Shown here piece by piece: positions 1 through 9,339 of a DNA stretch of 64,000 nucleotides. The position numbers and the translations under genes were made by a program. The DNA is from a virus (taxonomy: Duplodnaviria > Caudoviricetes), in the IMG/VR virus record IMGVR_UViG_3300024269_000048, positions 1-64,000 of that record, one strand, 5' to 3'. Every line of letters begins with the position of its first letter. Positions within the stretch are counted from its first letter, which is position 1. Under the pieces are notes generated by a model that searched no databases, was not told where the DNA came from, and saw only the letters and a list, made by a program, of their open reading frames with translations.

Positions 1-2971
1 TACTAAGAATTATTGCCTTAGTAGGTTTGGTAGGATCAACAAGATCGATATATCCTAAGAACTCCTTTTGCGCTTCAATCTGAGTTAACACATCGAGTTC
101 CTGGTCTGGCACCATATTGCACAGTTCAGATAATAACGCCATCATTCCCTCTGGATCAAAGCGATATTGTTTTTCAGTTTCAGATGCTGCGTGTTTCGCA
201 ACAATCTCAAGAGGAAGTTTGCACTTATCTTTCTTGATAATTTTCTTTCCGTAAAGCTGGTCGAACAACTCGACTATCTTGAGAAGTTTAAGACTTCCCG
301 AAAATTCAGAAAAATAATTTAATTTTATCAGAATTTCACGCTGACGACTGTTTCCAGGGAACACTGCAAGCAAATCAACGAAAGAATTAAACTGTTTGTC
401 TCTCAACTCATAAAGTTTCTCTGAAACATCCTCATTCATATATTTTAGACTTGCCAAACCTTTATATATACTATTCGTTTCTTTTTCTGTATTATAGTTT
501 GCACGAGAGTGCCTGAACTTAATTGGCTTCAAAGTAACTCCAAAATGAGGCATCTCTGCGGTTAACTTGGCGGTTCTATCAAGGTCATCTCTGTATAGGG
601 ATAATGCCACCGAGAAATACTCATTTGGGAATTTGGCTTTTAAATATGCTCCATACAAACTATCAATTGCAACAGAAAGGCTATGAGAAGCGTTAAATGA
701 ATAATGCGCCGCATCTTCTACTACCTGCCACGTTTCGTTAAAGCCTTCTTCTCTACCAACGTTCTTAACCCAACCAGCACGAAGCTGACTCTTGAGTTCA
801 TTTAACTCCTCTTCCTTGAATTTCTTCTTTGCAATTTTCTTAATAATATCATATGTACCCTTTTCCTCTACTCCGAGCCAAACGAGATATTTCATAATTG
901 ACTCCTGATACATTAAGTAATGGAAGGAATCTTTAAGAATATCGTCGAGCTCTTTGACACCCGTTGTATAAGGCATCCTCTCTACGAAATTGTTAAGCAA
1001 TGATGCAAATCCCGGTCGGATAGCAGCAACGTAAGCAGACAACTCGGATAGGTTTCTCGGCTTATACTTCTTCAGTATCTGCTTATCATAATCAGAGTCT
1101 GCCTGGTTAATTGTTGTCGTCAATCCCTTAGCATATACATCCCATACCTCATCATCGCAATTTGCAACGAGAGTATTGATGTCATCCATAGGCTTACCAA
1201 GAAGCTTATAAACATCACTAATAAGCTGATATACGGTTACGGTTAGATAGTCGTTCTTTAGGAACTTGTATACGTCACAGTTATAACCATCAAGGCAGCA
1301 ACAAGTAACATCGCCGACCTTGACCAATCCAACCAGCTCAGAAATCTTGTCATTAGAAAGCAAGAATGAACAAGGTGACGGAGCAACGCTCTCAACTACA
1401 CCACGGAATTTCTTACTGCCCTCAATCAAATCTTTCCACTTCTCGTCATTTTCATATACCTCGAGATTCTTGGCGACCTCATCATATTCAGAGATATGCA
1501 TATCGTGAGCCTTACACCAAAGTCTAAATGCCGAAGACTCTTGCAAAGGCTTATAGGCAATCATATAATAGATGCCATCTTCTCCAAGTAAGTCTTTACT
1601 GGCTTGTATCACTGGAGTGACATCTGCCCAGTTGAGATCTATATCTGGGAGGCTACGTGAACTAAGAATACGCTCTGCCGACATAAATCTCGTAGGATAA
1701 AGTGTAATGGGTGCACTAATTCTATCGACCTCGGTAAGTCCTAACAGTTTATTGACATAGAACGAAACCGCACTACCTCTTCCACTCTTAGTCAAAATAG
1801 CATCATACTCCTTGACTGCCCTATCAACAATATAATGGTCAAGAATAAAGTAATCTGCCATACCACAGTCTTCAATAATCTTGTATTCATACTTGATTTG
1901 TTCAATATATTCTTTCCATCTTTCTTTGGGCACATTGTTGCGTTCCTTTGCCCAACCTTCGTTGATAAGTTTTCTGAGAACTTTGTTGCTGTCTCCCTCA
2001 GTAATTTTAGGAATTTTAAATTCTTTGTCGATAGTTATACCTTCTGCGTTATCAAAAATGAGAGTATTCTGCAGTGCTTCAGTTACCTCATCCTCTGTAA
2101 GAACACCTTGTATCTTATATCTTCGATAAATCTCATCGGAGTCTGGATAATCGAGGCAGAAACCACTCTCTTCTTCATACACAATCCCCTTTGCTTTTAA
2201 AAATAAATCTCTGTATTTGGCGTCTTCGGGATAAATGTAATGAGAGTCATTGGCGTGGATAATAGGAATGTTATATTTTCTATGAACTTCCATTATCTTT
2301 TTATTATATTTTGCCTGATCGTGGTCTGCATGAGACTGCACTTCCAGGTAGAAGTTTGCTCCAAAGTGTTCTTTAACTGGTACCAAGAAATCTGTATACC
2401 AAGAATTTTCTCCTACCGCTACGGTCTTATAGATAGGTCTTTCTTCATAACTTTCAGTACCAATATAGCCTGGACCACTATCGTATACTCGAACCTTTTC
2501 ATAACCAATTATTTCTTTCGTTTTCTCAAAGCTTTTTGGTTTAAACATTCTACCGGCAATACAAGCAGTAGTTACGACCACCTCATCTCCTGGTAAGGAA
2601 AGCAAGAGATTGAGATCTATTCTTGGTTTATAGTAATAACCATCTGTATTTGCCGTAGACATTATTCTATTAATTTCTCTACGAGCATTTTCCGTCATTG
2701 CAATGAGGATTATATGGTACATTGCTCTTGATGATTTATCGTTAATATCGTCAACATAATATGCTTCTACACCATAAATACACTTTAGGTCGTTCTCTTG
2801 GCATAGAGTATATGCCTCAAATATATTGCCTTGATAACCATGCTCGGTTGTGAAATATGTAGTATGTCCTAATTCCTTTGCTCTATTAATGTAATCAATA
2901 GGTTTCGATACACAGTCAAGAGTTCTTAAATTAGAATACATAGTATGTCTATGATAGTTATTATATCTCAT
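1..2971 (-). CDS. dnaE: DNA polymerase III alpha subunit (DnaE-type), running off the left edge
   Basis: Missing from the ORF track because it has no stop in the window. ATG at 2971 after GAGGTGAG. My translation starts MRYNNYHRHTMYS with PHP motifs (TEHG, NDSHY), then GRGSAVS, PDIDLN, KNDYL, AAIRPG, YQESIM and YSFNASHS. Confidence 0.93.
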   Translation of the reverse strand, partial: MRYNNYHRHTMYSNLRTLDCVSKPIDYINRAKELGHTTYFTTEHGYQGNIFEAYTLCQENDLKCIYGVEAYYVDDINDKSSRAMYHIILIAMTENARREINRIMSTANTDGYYYKPRIDLNLLLSLPGDEVVVTTACIAGRMFKPKSFEKTKEIIGYEKVRVYDSGPGYIGTESYEERPIYKTVAVGENSWYTDFLVPVKEHFGANFYLEVQSHADHDQAKYNKKIMEVHRKYNIPIIHANDSHYIYPEDAKYRDLFLKAKGIVYEEESGFCLDYPDSDEIYRRYKIQGVLTEDEVTEALQNTLIFDNAEGITIDKEFKIPKITEGDSNKVLRKLINEGWAKERNNVPKERWKEYIEQIKYEYKIIEDCGMADYFILDHYIVDRAVKEYDAILTKSGRGSAVSFYVNKLLGLTEVDRISAPITLYPTRFMSAERILSSRSLPDIDLNWADVTPVIQASKDLLGEDGIYYMIAYKPLQESSAFRLWCKAHDMHISEYDEVAKNLEVYENDEKWKDLIEGSKKFRGVVESVAPSPCSFLLSNDKISELVGLVKVGDVTCCCLDGYNCDVYKFLKNDYLTVTVYQLISDVYKLLGKPMDDINTLVANCDDEVWDVYAKGLTTTINQADSDYDKQILKKYKPRNLSELSAYVAAIRPGFASLLNNFVERMPYTTGVKELDDILKDSFHYLMYQESIMKYLVWLGVEEKGTYDIIKKIAKKKFKEEELNELKSQLRAGWVKNVGREEGFNETWQVVEDAAHYSFNASHSLSVAIDSLYGAYLKAKFPNEYFSVALSLYRDDLDRTAKLTAEMPHFGVTLKPIKFRHSRANYNTEKETNSIYKGLASLKYMNEDVSEKLYELRDKQFNSFVDLLAVFPGNSRQREILIKLNYFSEFSGSLKLLKIVELFDQLYGKKIIKKDKCKLPLEIVAKHAASETEKQYRFDPEGMMALLSELCNMVPDQELDVLTQIEAQKEFLGYIDLVDPTKPTKAIILS

Positions 2972-2982
2972 TCTCTCACCTC

Positions 2983-2993
2983 AATCATTTTGT
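2983..2993 (-). promoter_or_regulatory. First of 19 exact ACAAAATGATT motifs (extended consensus WACANNACAAAATGATT), all co-oriented with transcription
   Basis: Minus-strand copies start at 2983, 3258, 4268, 10995, 14761, 16331, 17088, 19540, 22492, 26317, 27452, 29645, 32465, 35636 and 38538. Plus-strand copies start at 51543, 51960, 57332 and 60042. Confidence 0.85.
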
Positions 2994-2997
2994 GTTG

Positions 2998-3243
2998 TTA
3001 TATCTCAATTTCCTCAATCTTCTGCACACGTTCCTTTGCCTGCTTCAACCACTCGTCTTTAATCCGCCATGCCAACATCATCAGAGCCCTACGACTTTTA
3101 GAGATTTTATAATATTTATTGTAGCTTATAATCTCATCGCCCTCTTTGTCTTTGAGCATTGCGGCACACACATTCTTTAAGGTGCTACTTATTTGACTCA
3201 CCTTGAGTTCTAATGTGCCCTCATTAATATATAACTGATACAT
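2998..3243 (-). CDS. hypothetical protein (81 aa)
   Basis: ORF with GAGG-type RBS directly below a strong promoter. Confidence 0.7.
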   Translation of the reverse strand: MYQLYINEGTLELKVSQISSTLKNVCAAMLKDKEGDEIISYNKYYKISKSRRALMMLAWRIKDEWLKQAKERVQKIEEIEI

Positions 3244-3257
3244 CTCTCTTACCTCTT

Positions 3258-3338
3258 AATCATTTTGTCGTGTATAGTATAATACCAAAGCATCCGTTTG
3301 TCAAGATGCTTTGGCACTAATTTACAATTTATTTACAA
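3258..3338 (-). promoter_or_regulatory. sigma-A promoter with upstream TTGTAAA direct repeat
   Basis: TTGACA (3299-3304), 17 bp, TATACT (3276-3281). TTGTAAA-TAAA-TTGTAAA at 3321-3338. An inverted repeat (3285-3294/3305-3314) flanks the -35. Confidence 0.8.
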
Positions 3339-3423
3339 TTAATCCTTGAGGAAGGTGTACTTCCACTCAATAGGCTCGTCATCGCTAACTCTAGAGCATT
3401 GAACACTTCTTAGGAGAACATCC

Positions 3424-3654
3424 TTAACAGTAGCAAGATTCACATAGCCCCCCAATATCATTTGCAGAGGGCAATTGATATGCCTTGTAAGAACGATAAG
3501 TCATATTTCCATTCCATCCTCGTTTCAGCGAGGGGTGTATGCATTCAGAATAAACCTCAATTTCGTGTTCGTATTCTAATACATCTGTAATATATAATTC
3601 AAGTTCTTCTTTATGATTTTTAAAAATAAGACTCATTCTCATTGCCGTAATCAT
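3424..3654 (-). CDS. hypothetical protein (76 aa)
   Basis: ORF start overlaps the stop of the upstream gene. Confidence 0.6.
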   Translation of the reverse strand: MITAMRMSLIFKNHKEELELYITDVLEYEHEIEVYSECIHPSLKRGWNGNMTYRSYKAYQLPSANDIGGLCESCYC

Positions 3655-4253
3655 ATCTCATCTTCCTCCTCTGTAGTTTTATTCTCATTCAGAAACGCTG
3701 TGAACTCATCGTACTTTCTTTGCTTGATTTTTCCGGGCTTTCCCTTGATATCATATGTAAGGTACTTATCAAAGAGCTCGGCAATCTCCTTTTGAGTATT
3801 CTTGCGCCCCTGGACCAATCCGTCTCTGTATCCACGATTAGATTTACCCTCGCCAAGGGCAGCCTTGCCTTCGCCTTGGCTGCCAGTTGTTTTATTACGA
3901 AGCTGATATCCTTGGTCGGCGTAATGCTTAATCCAATACTGCTCTCTGCCATCTAATTCATCTTCTGGACAATGGCAGATTATCTCAACGTGGTAACCAT
4001 ATGGATTAGTTTCCTCGTCATAAAACTTATGCTTCTTAATGGAGCAGTCGATATGTTGGTATCCACTAAGGTGTTCTGCAAGTCTCTTCAATAGATTTTT
4101 TGCTTGTCCTACATATGCAAATTTAAATCCATTCTCATCTGTACGATAAAATACATAAATGCCCGAATCTTCCGTCGCAATAGGGCAAAGTCGCCGTATC
4201 TTATCTTCATTGGCTTTTCTTATAGCCATTATCTGTCTGTAATTTGGAGCCAT
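3651..4253 (-). CDS. GIY-YIG family nuclease
   Basis: SGIYVFY...AYVGQAKNLLKRLAEH; conserved E (REQYWI) and N (LRNK). Confidence 0.8.
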   Translation of the reverse strand: MAPNYRQIMAIRKANEDKIRRLCPIATEDSGIYVFYRTDENGFKFAYVGQAKNLLKRLAEHLSGYQHIDCSIKKHKFYDEETNPYGYHVEIICHCPEDELDGREQYWIKHYADQGYQLRNKTTGSQGEGKAALGEGKSNRGYRDGLVQGRKNTQKEIAELFDKYLTYDIKGKPGKIKQRKYDEFTAFLNENKTTEEEDEI

Positions 4254-4265
4254 ATCTAGCCCTCC

Positions 4266-5864
4266 TTAATCATTTTGTTGTGTATACTCATCAATTGTAA
4301 GTTGTAAAAATTTGTTTCTGCCATATATCGGATTCGCAAGCACACCTACCGCTACAATCTCACTATCGTTGCCAAGAGTCTGCCAATCCATACAGTTCCA
4401 TTTAACGATAATAACTCCAGTCTCATCAATAATCTTTAAGTGTTTCTTGGTTGAGAACGTACTGACTTCATAATTATTGGTTCTTACCAACACCTTTACA
4501 GGAGGGAAACCTTCACCACTTATACGGTTAATAGCGTTCAATTGCTTCACCAAGTTCTCGTTAATCTGACTCGGAGTAAGTTCTATATCTGCTTCTATAT
4601 TAACAGAGAACTCAACATCCTTTAGCGCTCCCTCAATAACTTCTTTGAACTGCTCAAACTCCTCCTCTTTGATGAACGCTCCACTCGCTAATGGGTGACC
4701 CTGACAGACACACAGACCAGTAGCATTGGACATTTCTAACATATTATGCACACCAACTGCACGCATGCTACCCGCATATTGTCCATCTTTGAGTCTTAAG
4801 ACAAACAATGGACGCTGGAACTCAGCAAGAAGTTTATTGGCAATAAGTCCCGCAATTTCCCCCTCGAGTTCGTCCTCTAAAATAAAGAACATACACTTTC
4901 TATCGAGCTGTGACTCTCCTTGCTCAAGTAATCCATCAATCAAATCTGCGACCACTTTATTCTGCTCTTCTCTGCAATTCTTCAGTTCCTTGACTAATTC
5001 ATCAATTTCATTCTCATCTTCCGATAGAAAAACATTCATCGCCTTTTCGTTTTGATGCATTCTCATAGCAGCATTAACCAACGGACCAATACTGAAACTA
5101 ACTGACTGACTATCGAATGTATAATTGCCGACCATCTTTTGTACCATAGGATTTCTGAATTGTGCGAGTCCTCGATAGGCAATATATCTATTCTCCGGTT
5201 CCGCCATTGAACTCATATCCGCTATGAGTCCTATTGCTGCATATGCCCATAGGTCATCACTATAATCCGTCAAATTTTGGTAATCACAATATTGCACAAA
5301 TTTCAGACAAACTCCAGCACCTGACAAGAACTCGTTCGGGTACCCATTTGCAGAACTCACGAGCACAAAATCTAACCCTGCATCAAATAATCTCTGCTCA
5401 GGCAAGTGATGGTCAAATACCACAAGTCTCACACCCGCGTCGAGAATTCTCTTGTATGTCGCAGGATCGTTATCTAATGAGTCAACGATAATCATTACAT
5501 CAATACCGTCAAGCAAATTCAAATTAAAATCCTCAGCACCGTGTTTTTTACCGTCATTTATAACGCATTTAACATCTGCACCACACTTACGCAGATATCT
5601 TGTTATGATGGCATTACTACTACAACCATCCGTATCTACATCTGCTAACACGAGGAACTTTTCTCCCATCGTAATGGCATCATCTATGATTTGATACGCC
5701 TCGTCAAGACCTTTAAGTTCCTCGAATGGTATCATATCATCTTCTGTGGGCTTGAGGAAATCGGAAATATCTGTTATTCCCCGGTTATCCAATATCGCCT
5801 CAATTATTTCAAAATCATCTTCCATCTGTCTGCCATCAAGTTTGGCAGTTAAGACTTTCTCCAT
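4266..5864 (-). CDS. recJ: RecJ-like DHH single-stranded DNA exonuclease
   Basis: ADVDTDG, FDHHLP, SGAGV, IGLIADM, SIGPLVNAAMR, GSMR, GHPLASG. Confidence 0.9.
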   Translation of the reverse strand: MEKVLTAKLDGRQMEDDFEIIEAILDNRGITDISDFLKPTEDDMIPFEELKGLDEAYQIIDDAITMGEKFLVLADVDTDGCSSNAIITRYLRKCGADVKCVINDGKKHGAEDFNLNLLDGIDVMIIVDSLDNDPATYKRILDAGVRLVVFDHHLPEQRLFDAGLDFVLVSSANGYPNEFLSGAGVCLKFVQYCDYQNLTDYSDDLWAYAAIGLIADMSSMAEPENRYIAYRGLAQFRNPMVQKMVGNYTFDSQSVSFSIGPLVNAAMRMHQNEKAMNVFLSEDENEIDELVKELKNCREEQNKVVADLIDGLLEQGESQLDRKCMFFILEDELEGEIAGLIANKLLAEFQRPLFVLRLKDGQYAGSMRAVGVHNMLEMSNATGLCVCQGHPLASGAFIKEEEFEQFKEVIEGALKDVEFSVNIEADIELTPSQINENLVKQLNAINRISGEGFPPVKVLVRTNNYEVSTFSTKKHLKIIDETGVIIVKWNCMDWQTLGNDSEIVAVGVLANPIYGRNKFLQLTIDEYTQQND

Positions 5865-5869
5865 CTACA

Positions 5870-6055
5870 TCACTTCTCCTTATTCAAAACCTCTGCCACA
5901 TCACAACACACTTCATATAAGTCCTTTATCCTGCCATTTTCACGATAGACACTAATATTAAAACCGTTTAAGATTGCTTCAATCTTATCAAATAACTCGT
6001 ACCCTTCTTCGCACGACATAACATCAATTAAATCTTTAAACTTCATTCGTATCAC
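5870..6055 (-). CDS. hypothetical protein (61 aa)
   Basis: Tightly packed between neighbours with an RBS. Confidence 0.6.
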   Translation of the reverse strand: MIRMKFKDLIDVMSCEEGYELFDKIEAILNGFNISVYRENGRIKDLYEVCCDVAEVLNKEK

Positions 6056-6882
6056 TCCTCATCATCCTTCCTCTTTGATAATCGCACACTGTCATATCGT
6101 GTATCGGGGCATTCAACAAACTGTATCGTTTCTTTACTACCTCGCATTCCACGATGAAAATTAATCATCGCATTATCCGATGAGATATAACAAGTATGCA
6201 ATTGGTCATTCCATGTAATATCAATGTTGTACCAACTTCCGTCTACTTGAACAATATTCCACACATGACCCATTGTATATGAAATCGCAAACGAAGATTT
6301 GAGGCCAGCCTTATCTGCCATAAGCTTAAACATTTGCATATAAGCACTACAGATCCCATTGCCAGTGCTCAACATATCAAGTACGTCATCACTAATTAAT
6401 CTATTGTCATATGCAAAATTGCTACAGATGTAATCATTAATCCAAATCACCTTATCTAAGTCTGACATCTGAGAATCCATTGTTGCAACTATTTTCTCAA
6501 TCTCCGCATCAATATATTGTATCTGCTTCTCATCCCAATAAGACGGAATAATATACTGCACATATACACCCATCCACGAAATAGTCTTATACTGATGCAG
6601 ATGAAACGCATTCAAAGGGTCATCAAAGAAGATTAGCGACACCGCCCGATCAAATGTTTTTAGGTCACATCGAAAACCTCCAACATCAATCTTTTCTTGG
6701 TGGTGTGCTAATCCACCTTCGACCACTTTCATAATTTCTTGTATATACAATAGCCTCTCAGTTTCATCTGCTGGAACAGACACACATACTTCATCTGCAA
6801 TACCAAAGAATAAGGCGGGAGCACACACTAGACTGATTGATATAAGGATAGTGAGCAAGAAATTAAATATTTGCACTATCAT
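6052..6882 (-). CDS. membrane-anchored transglutaminase-like protein
   Basis: Hydrophobic N-terminus; GICSAY...GHVWNIV...IDITW supplies a Cys-His-Asp triad. Confidence 0.8.
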   Translation of the reverse strand: MIVQIFNFLLTILISISLVCAPALFFGIADEVCVSVPADETERLLYIQEIMKVVEGGLAHHQEKIDVGGFRCDLKTFDRAVSLIFFDDPLNAFHLHQYKTISWMGVYVQYIIPSYWDEKQIQYIDAEIEKIVATMDSQMSDLDKVIWINDYICSNFAYDNRLISDDVLDMLSTGNGICSAYMQMFKLMADKAGLKSSFAISYTMGHVWNIVQVDGSWYNIDITWNDQLHTCYISSDNAMINFHRGMRGSKETIQFVECPDTRYDSVRLSKRKDDEE

Positions 6883-6910
6883 TAATCACCCCTCCAACAA
6901 ATCCTTATCG

Positions 6911-7267
6911 TTACTTATTCACAGAAACACTCTCAAGAAATGCTCTTGCACCCTTATAACTGAGGAACACATCGTTTCTCTTATAACGCTCAACCAATCC
7001 GAAGTAATTCTTCTCATCAACCACAACCTCATTAATAAGGCTATGCTCCAAAGATACATTCTTCTTTGCATATCTACCCTTTTCGTTTCTAAGCTGAACA
7101 TCATATACCGTCTGACCAAGTGCAAATGGGAAGAGGGTGTCCAACATCTCAACCTCGGTCTTTGTCTCTTCATATTTTCCCTGTACCACCTGAAGTTCGT
7201 TTTCAAGTTTTGCAATTCTTTCCTTCAATTCTCTTCTCGTCTCAAATTCAATACCAAAAATCTTCAT
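6911..7267 (-). CDS. hypothetical protein (118 aa, coiled-coil N-terminus)
   Basis: ORF with AAAGGAG RBS. Confidence 0.7.
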   Translation of the reverse strand: MKIFGIEFETRRELKERIAKLENELQVVQGKYEETKTEVEMLDTLFPFALGQTVYDVQLRNEKGRYAKKNVSLEHSLINEVVVDEKNYFGLVERYKRNDVFLSYKGARAFLESVSVNK

Positions 7268-7283
7268 ATGTTTTCTCCTTTGT

Positions 7284-8474
7284 TTACATTACTTCATTCT
7301 TAATAATCTCATCTATCTTATGGGCAATAGCACGGAAATCATCCGCAGTCTTGCCTCTAGTTGTTTCTGCCGCACAGCCAATTCTTACGCCACTTGTATA
7401 CTTCGGCGACTGCTTGTCGTTAGGGATACAGTTCTTATTCAATGTGATGTTATGTCTGTCGCAAGCTTCCTGAACATCCTTGCCGGTAATACCAAGTCCC
7501 GACAAATCCAACATAAACAGATGATTATCAGTGCCGCCTGTCACAACCTTATATCCCATTGAAATAAACTCGTCGCACATTGCCTTAGTGTTCACCACAA
7601 CATTCGCAATATAGTCCTTGTACTCAGGCTGCATACACTCAAGTGCGCCAACCGCCTTTCCTGCAATAACGTGCATCAAGCTTCCGCCCTGACTTCCGGG
7701 GAATACCGCACTATCTACCTTTCTTGCCAACTCGGGCTTACAGAAAATCAAACCACCTCTTGCACATCTCAAAGTCTTATGTGTTGTGGTAGTGATAATA
7801 TCCGCATAACCAAAGGGGCTAGGATGATGCCCTGTTGCCACCAAGCCAGCAATATGAGCTATATCGACCATAAAGTAAGGTTTGTACTCATCATCAGAGT
7901 ACCAGGCAATTATCTTCTTGATTCTAACAAAGTCAATGACTCTAGAATATGCACTCGCACCTGCGACAATCAACTTTGGATGATACTTGTTAATCTTATG
8001 TTCTATGTCTTCGTAATCAATGAGCCCATTATTGTCTACATTATAAAAAATCATATTATACAATTTGCCGCTAAAGTTTACAACAGATCCGTGAGTTAAA
8101 TGACCACCGTTGTCCAAACTCATACTCAAGATACAGTCACCTGGTTTCAGCACAGACATATATGCCGCAAAATTAGCCTGAGATCCACTATGGGGTTGCA
8201 CATTGCAATGATAAGTATCTTCCACGCCGAAAACCCGCAACCACCTCTTTTGGCACAATCTTTCAAGCTCGTCGTAGTGCTCACATCCACCGTAGTAACG
8301 GTTACCAGGGTATCCCTCTGTATACTTATTACATAAAACGCTTCCCACTGCTTCTCTAACAGCGTCACTTACAAAGTTCTCACTCGCTATAAGTTCAATG
8401 GTTCGTGCCTGTCGCTTTTCTTCGGCTTTAATTATTTCATAAACTTCTTTATCTACGTTTTTAATATTGTTCAT
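7284..8474 (-). CDS. glyA: serine hydroxymethyltransferase
   Basis: LIASEN, YTEGYPGNRYYGG, QPHSGSQAN, GGHLTHG, TTTTHKTLR (PLP lysine), GGTDNHL, SGVRIG. Confidence 0.97.
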   Translation of the reverse strand: MNNIKNVDKEVYEIIKAEEKRQARTIELIASENFVSDAVREAVGSVLCNKYTEGYPGNRYYGGCEHYDELERLCQKRWLRVFGVEDTYHCNVQPHSGSQANFAAYMSVLKPGDCILSMSLDNGGHLTHGSVVNFSGKLYNMIFYNVDNNGLIDYEDIEHKINKYHPKLIVAGASAYSRVIDFVRIKKIIAWYSDDEYKPYFMVDIAHIAGLVATGHHPSPFGYADIITTTTHKTLRCARGGLIFCKPELARKVDSAVFPGSQGGSLMHVIAGKAVGALECMQPEYKDYIANVVVNTKAMCDEFISMGYKVVTGGTDNHLFMLDLSGLGITGKDVQEACDRHNITLNKNCIPNDKQSPKYTSGVRIGCAAETTRGKTADDFRAIAHKIDEIIKNEVM

Positions 8475-8627
8475 AATTTATTTCTCACTTTCTTATTGCA
8501 TACAGCGTACAGCGTACAAGCTGCTTATGTGTCCAATTTGAATGTCGCCTTTGGAGCAGACGATACACATAACCGAATCTGTTAAATTTCTTCATTGTCA
8601 ACAACCTTTTAAAACTTTATTTTTATG

Positions 8628-9339
8628 CTAAAAGAAATCATTAATTTCTTCTCTTTCTCTAATCGGCTTATCATCACCAAGAGGACACTCAAAGTCTCCC
8701 CACACAGGATGATTTTTGTAGTCGCCACAATGACACGACATAATGTTTGTGCCACCAGTACACTTAATTGTTTTGTGAAACTCACAAACCTCACAATGCT
8801 TTCTCTGTTCTTCCCCAGTCATAACTACCTCTTAAAATTTTATTTTTATGTGTTATACTGGATAGCATTTTGGCAACTTGCTCTTGCATTCTTCAAATGT
8901 CATACCCTTTGAAACTTTTAATTCGTACCATCCACTATAACGGAAGAACCATCTTAATTTCACAATACAATCTTCGGCATCTGCAATCTCTATACACTCT
9001 TTAATTTCTTCATCATTTGGAGTGCTATTATCACACAAATATTCTTTTACTAATTTCATACTTTTACCTCTTAAAATTCGTATTTTATCTGCGCTCTCCA
9101 CAAGCACAGAAGAAGTTCTCATCGCCTATTCCTATTCTGTATTCACAAATTATACTTTGATAACCGGCGTCGTTTTTGCAAGAGTAGAATGTTGCGTGTT
9201 TGCAATCCTTGCATCGAACAACCTCAGCCACATCGGCGGGTGGAAATTTACTATCACTCTCTATCGCCTTAATAATGTTTTCTGATGCACACATATTTGA
9301 CAGCCAAGCGCACAACGGCTCTTTCTTGATATAACTCAT
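8628..9339 (-). CDS. three small hypothetical proteins (8628-8822 Cys-rich, 8853-9122, 9085-9339 Cys-rich)
   Basis: Tightly packed ORFs in operon orientation. Confidence 0.55.

Noticed and set aside
1320-2596. Plus-strand ORFs at 1320-2596
   Set aside because: They are antisense shadows of the dnaE frame, which the ORF track omitted.
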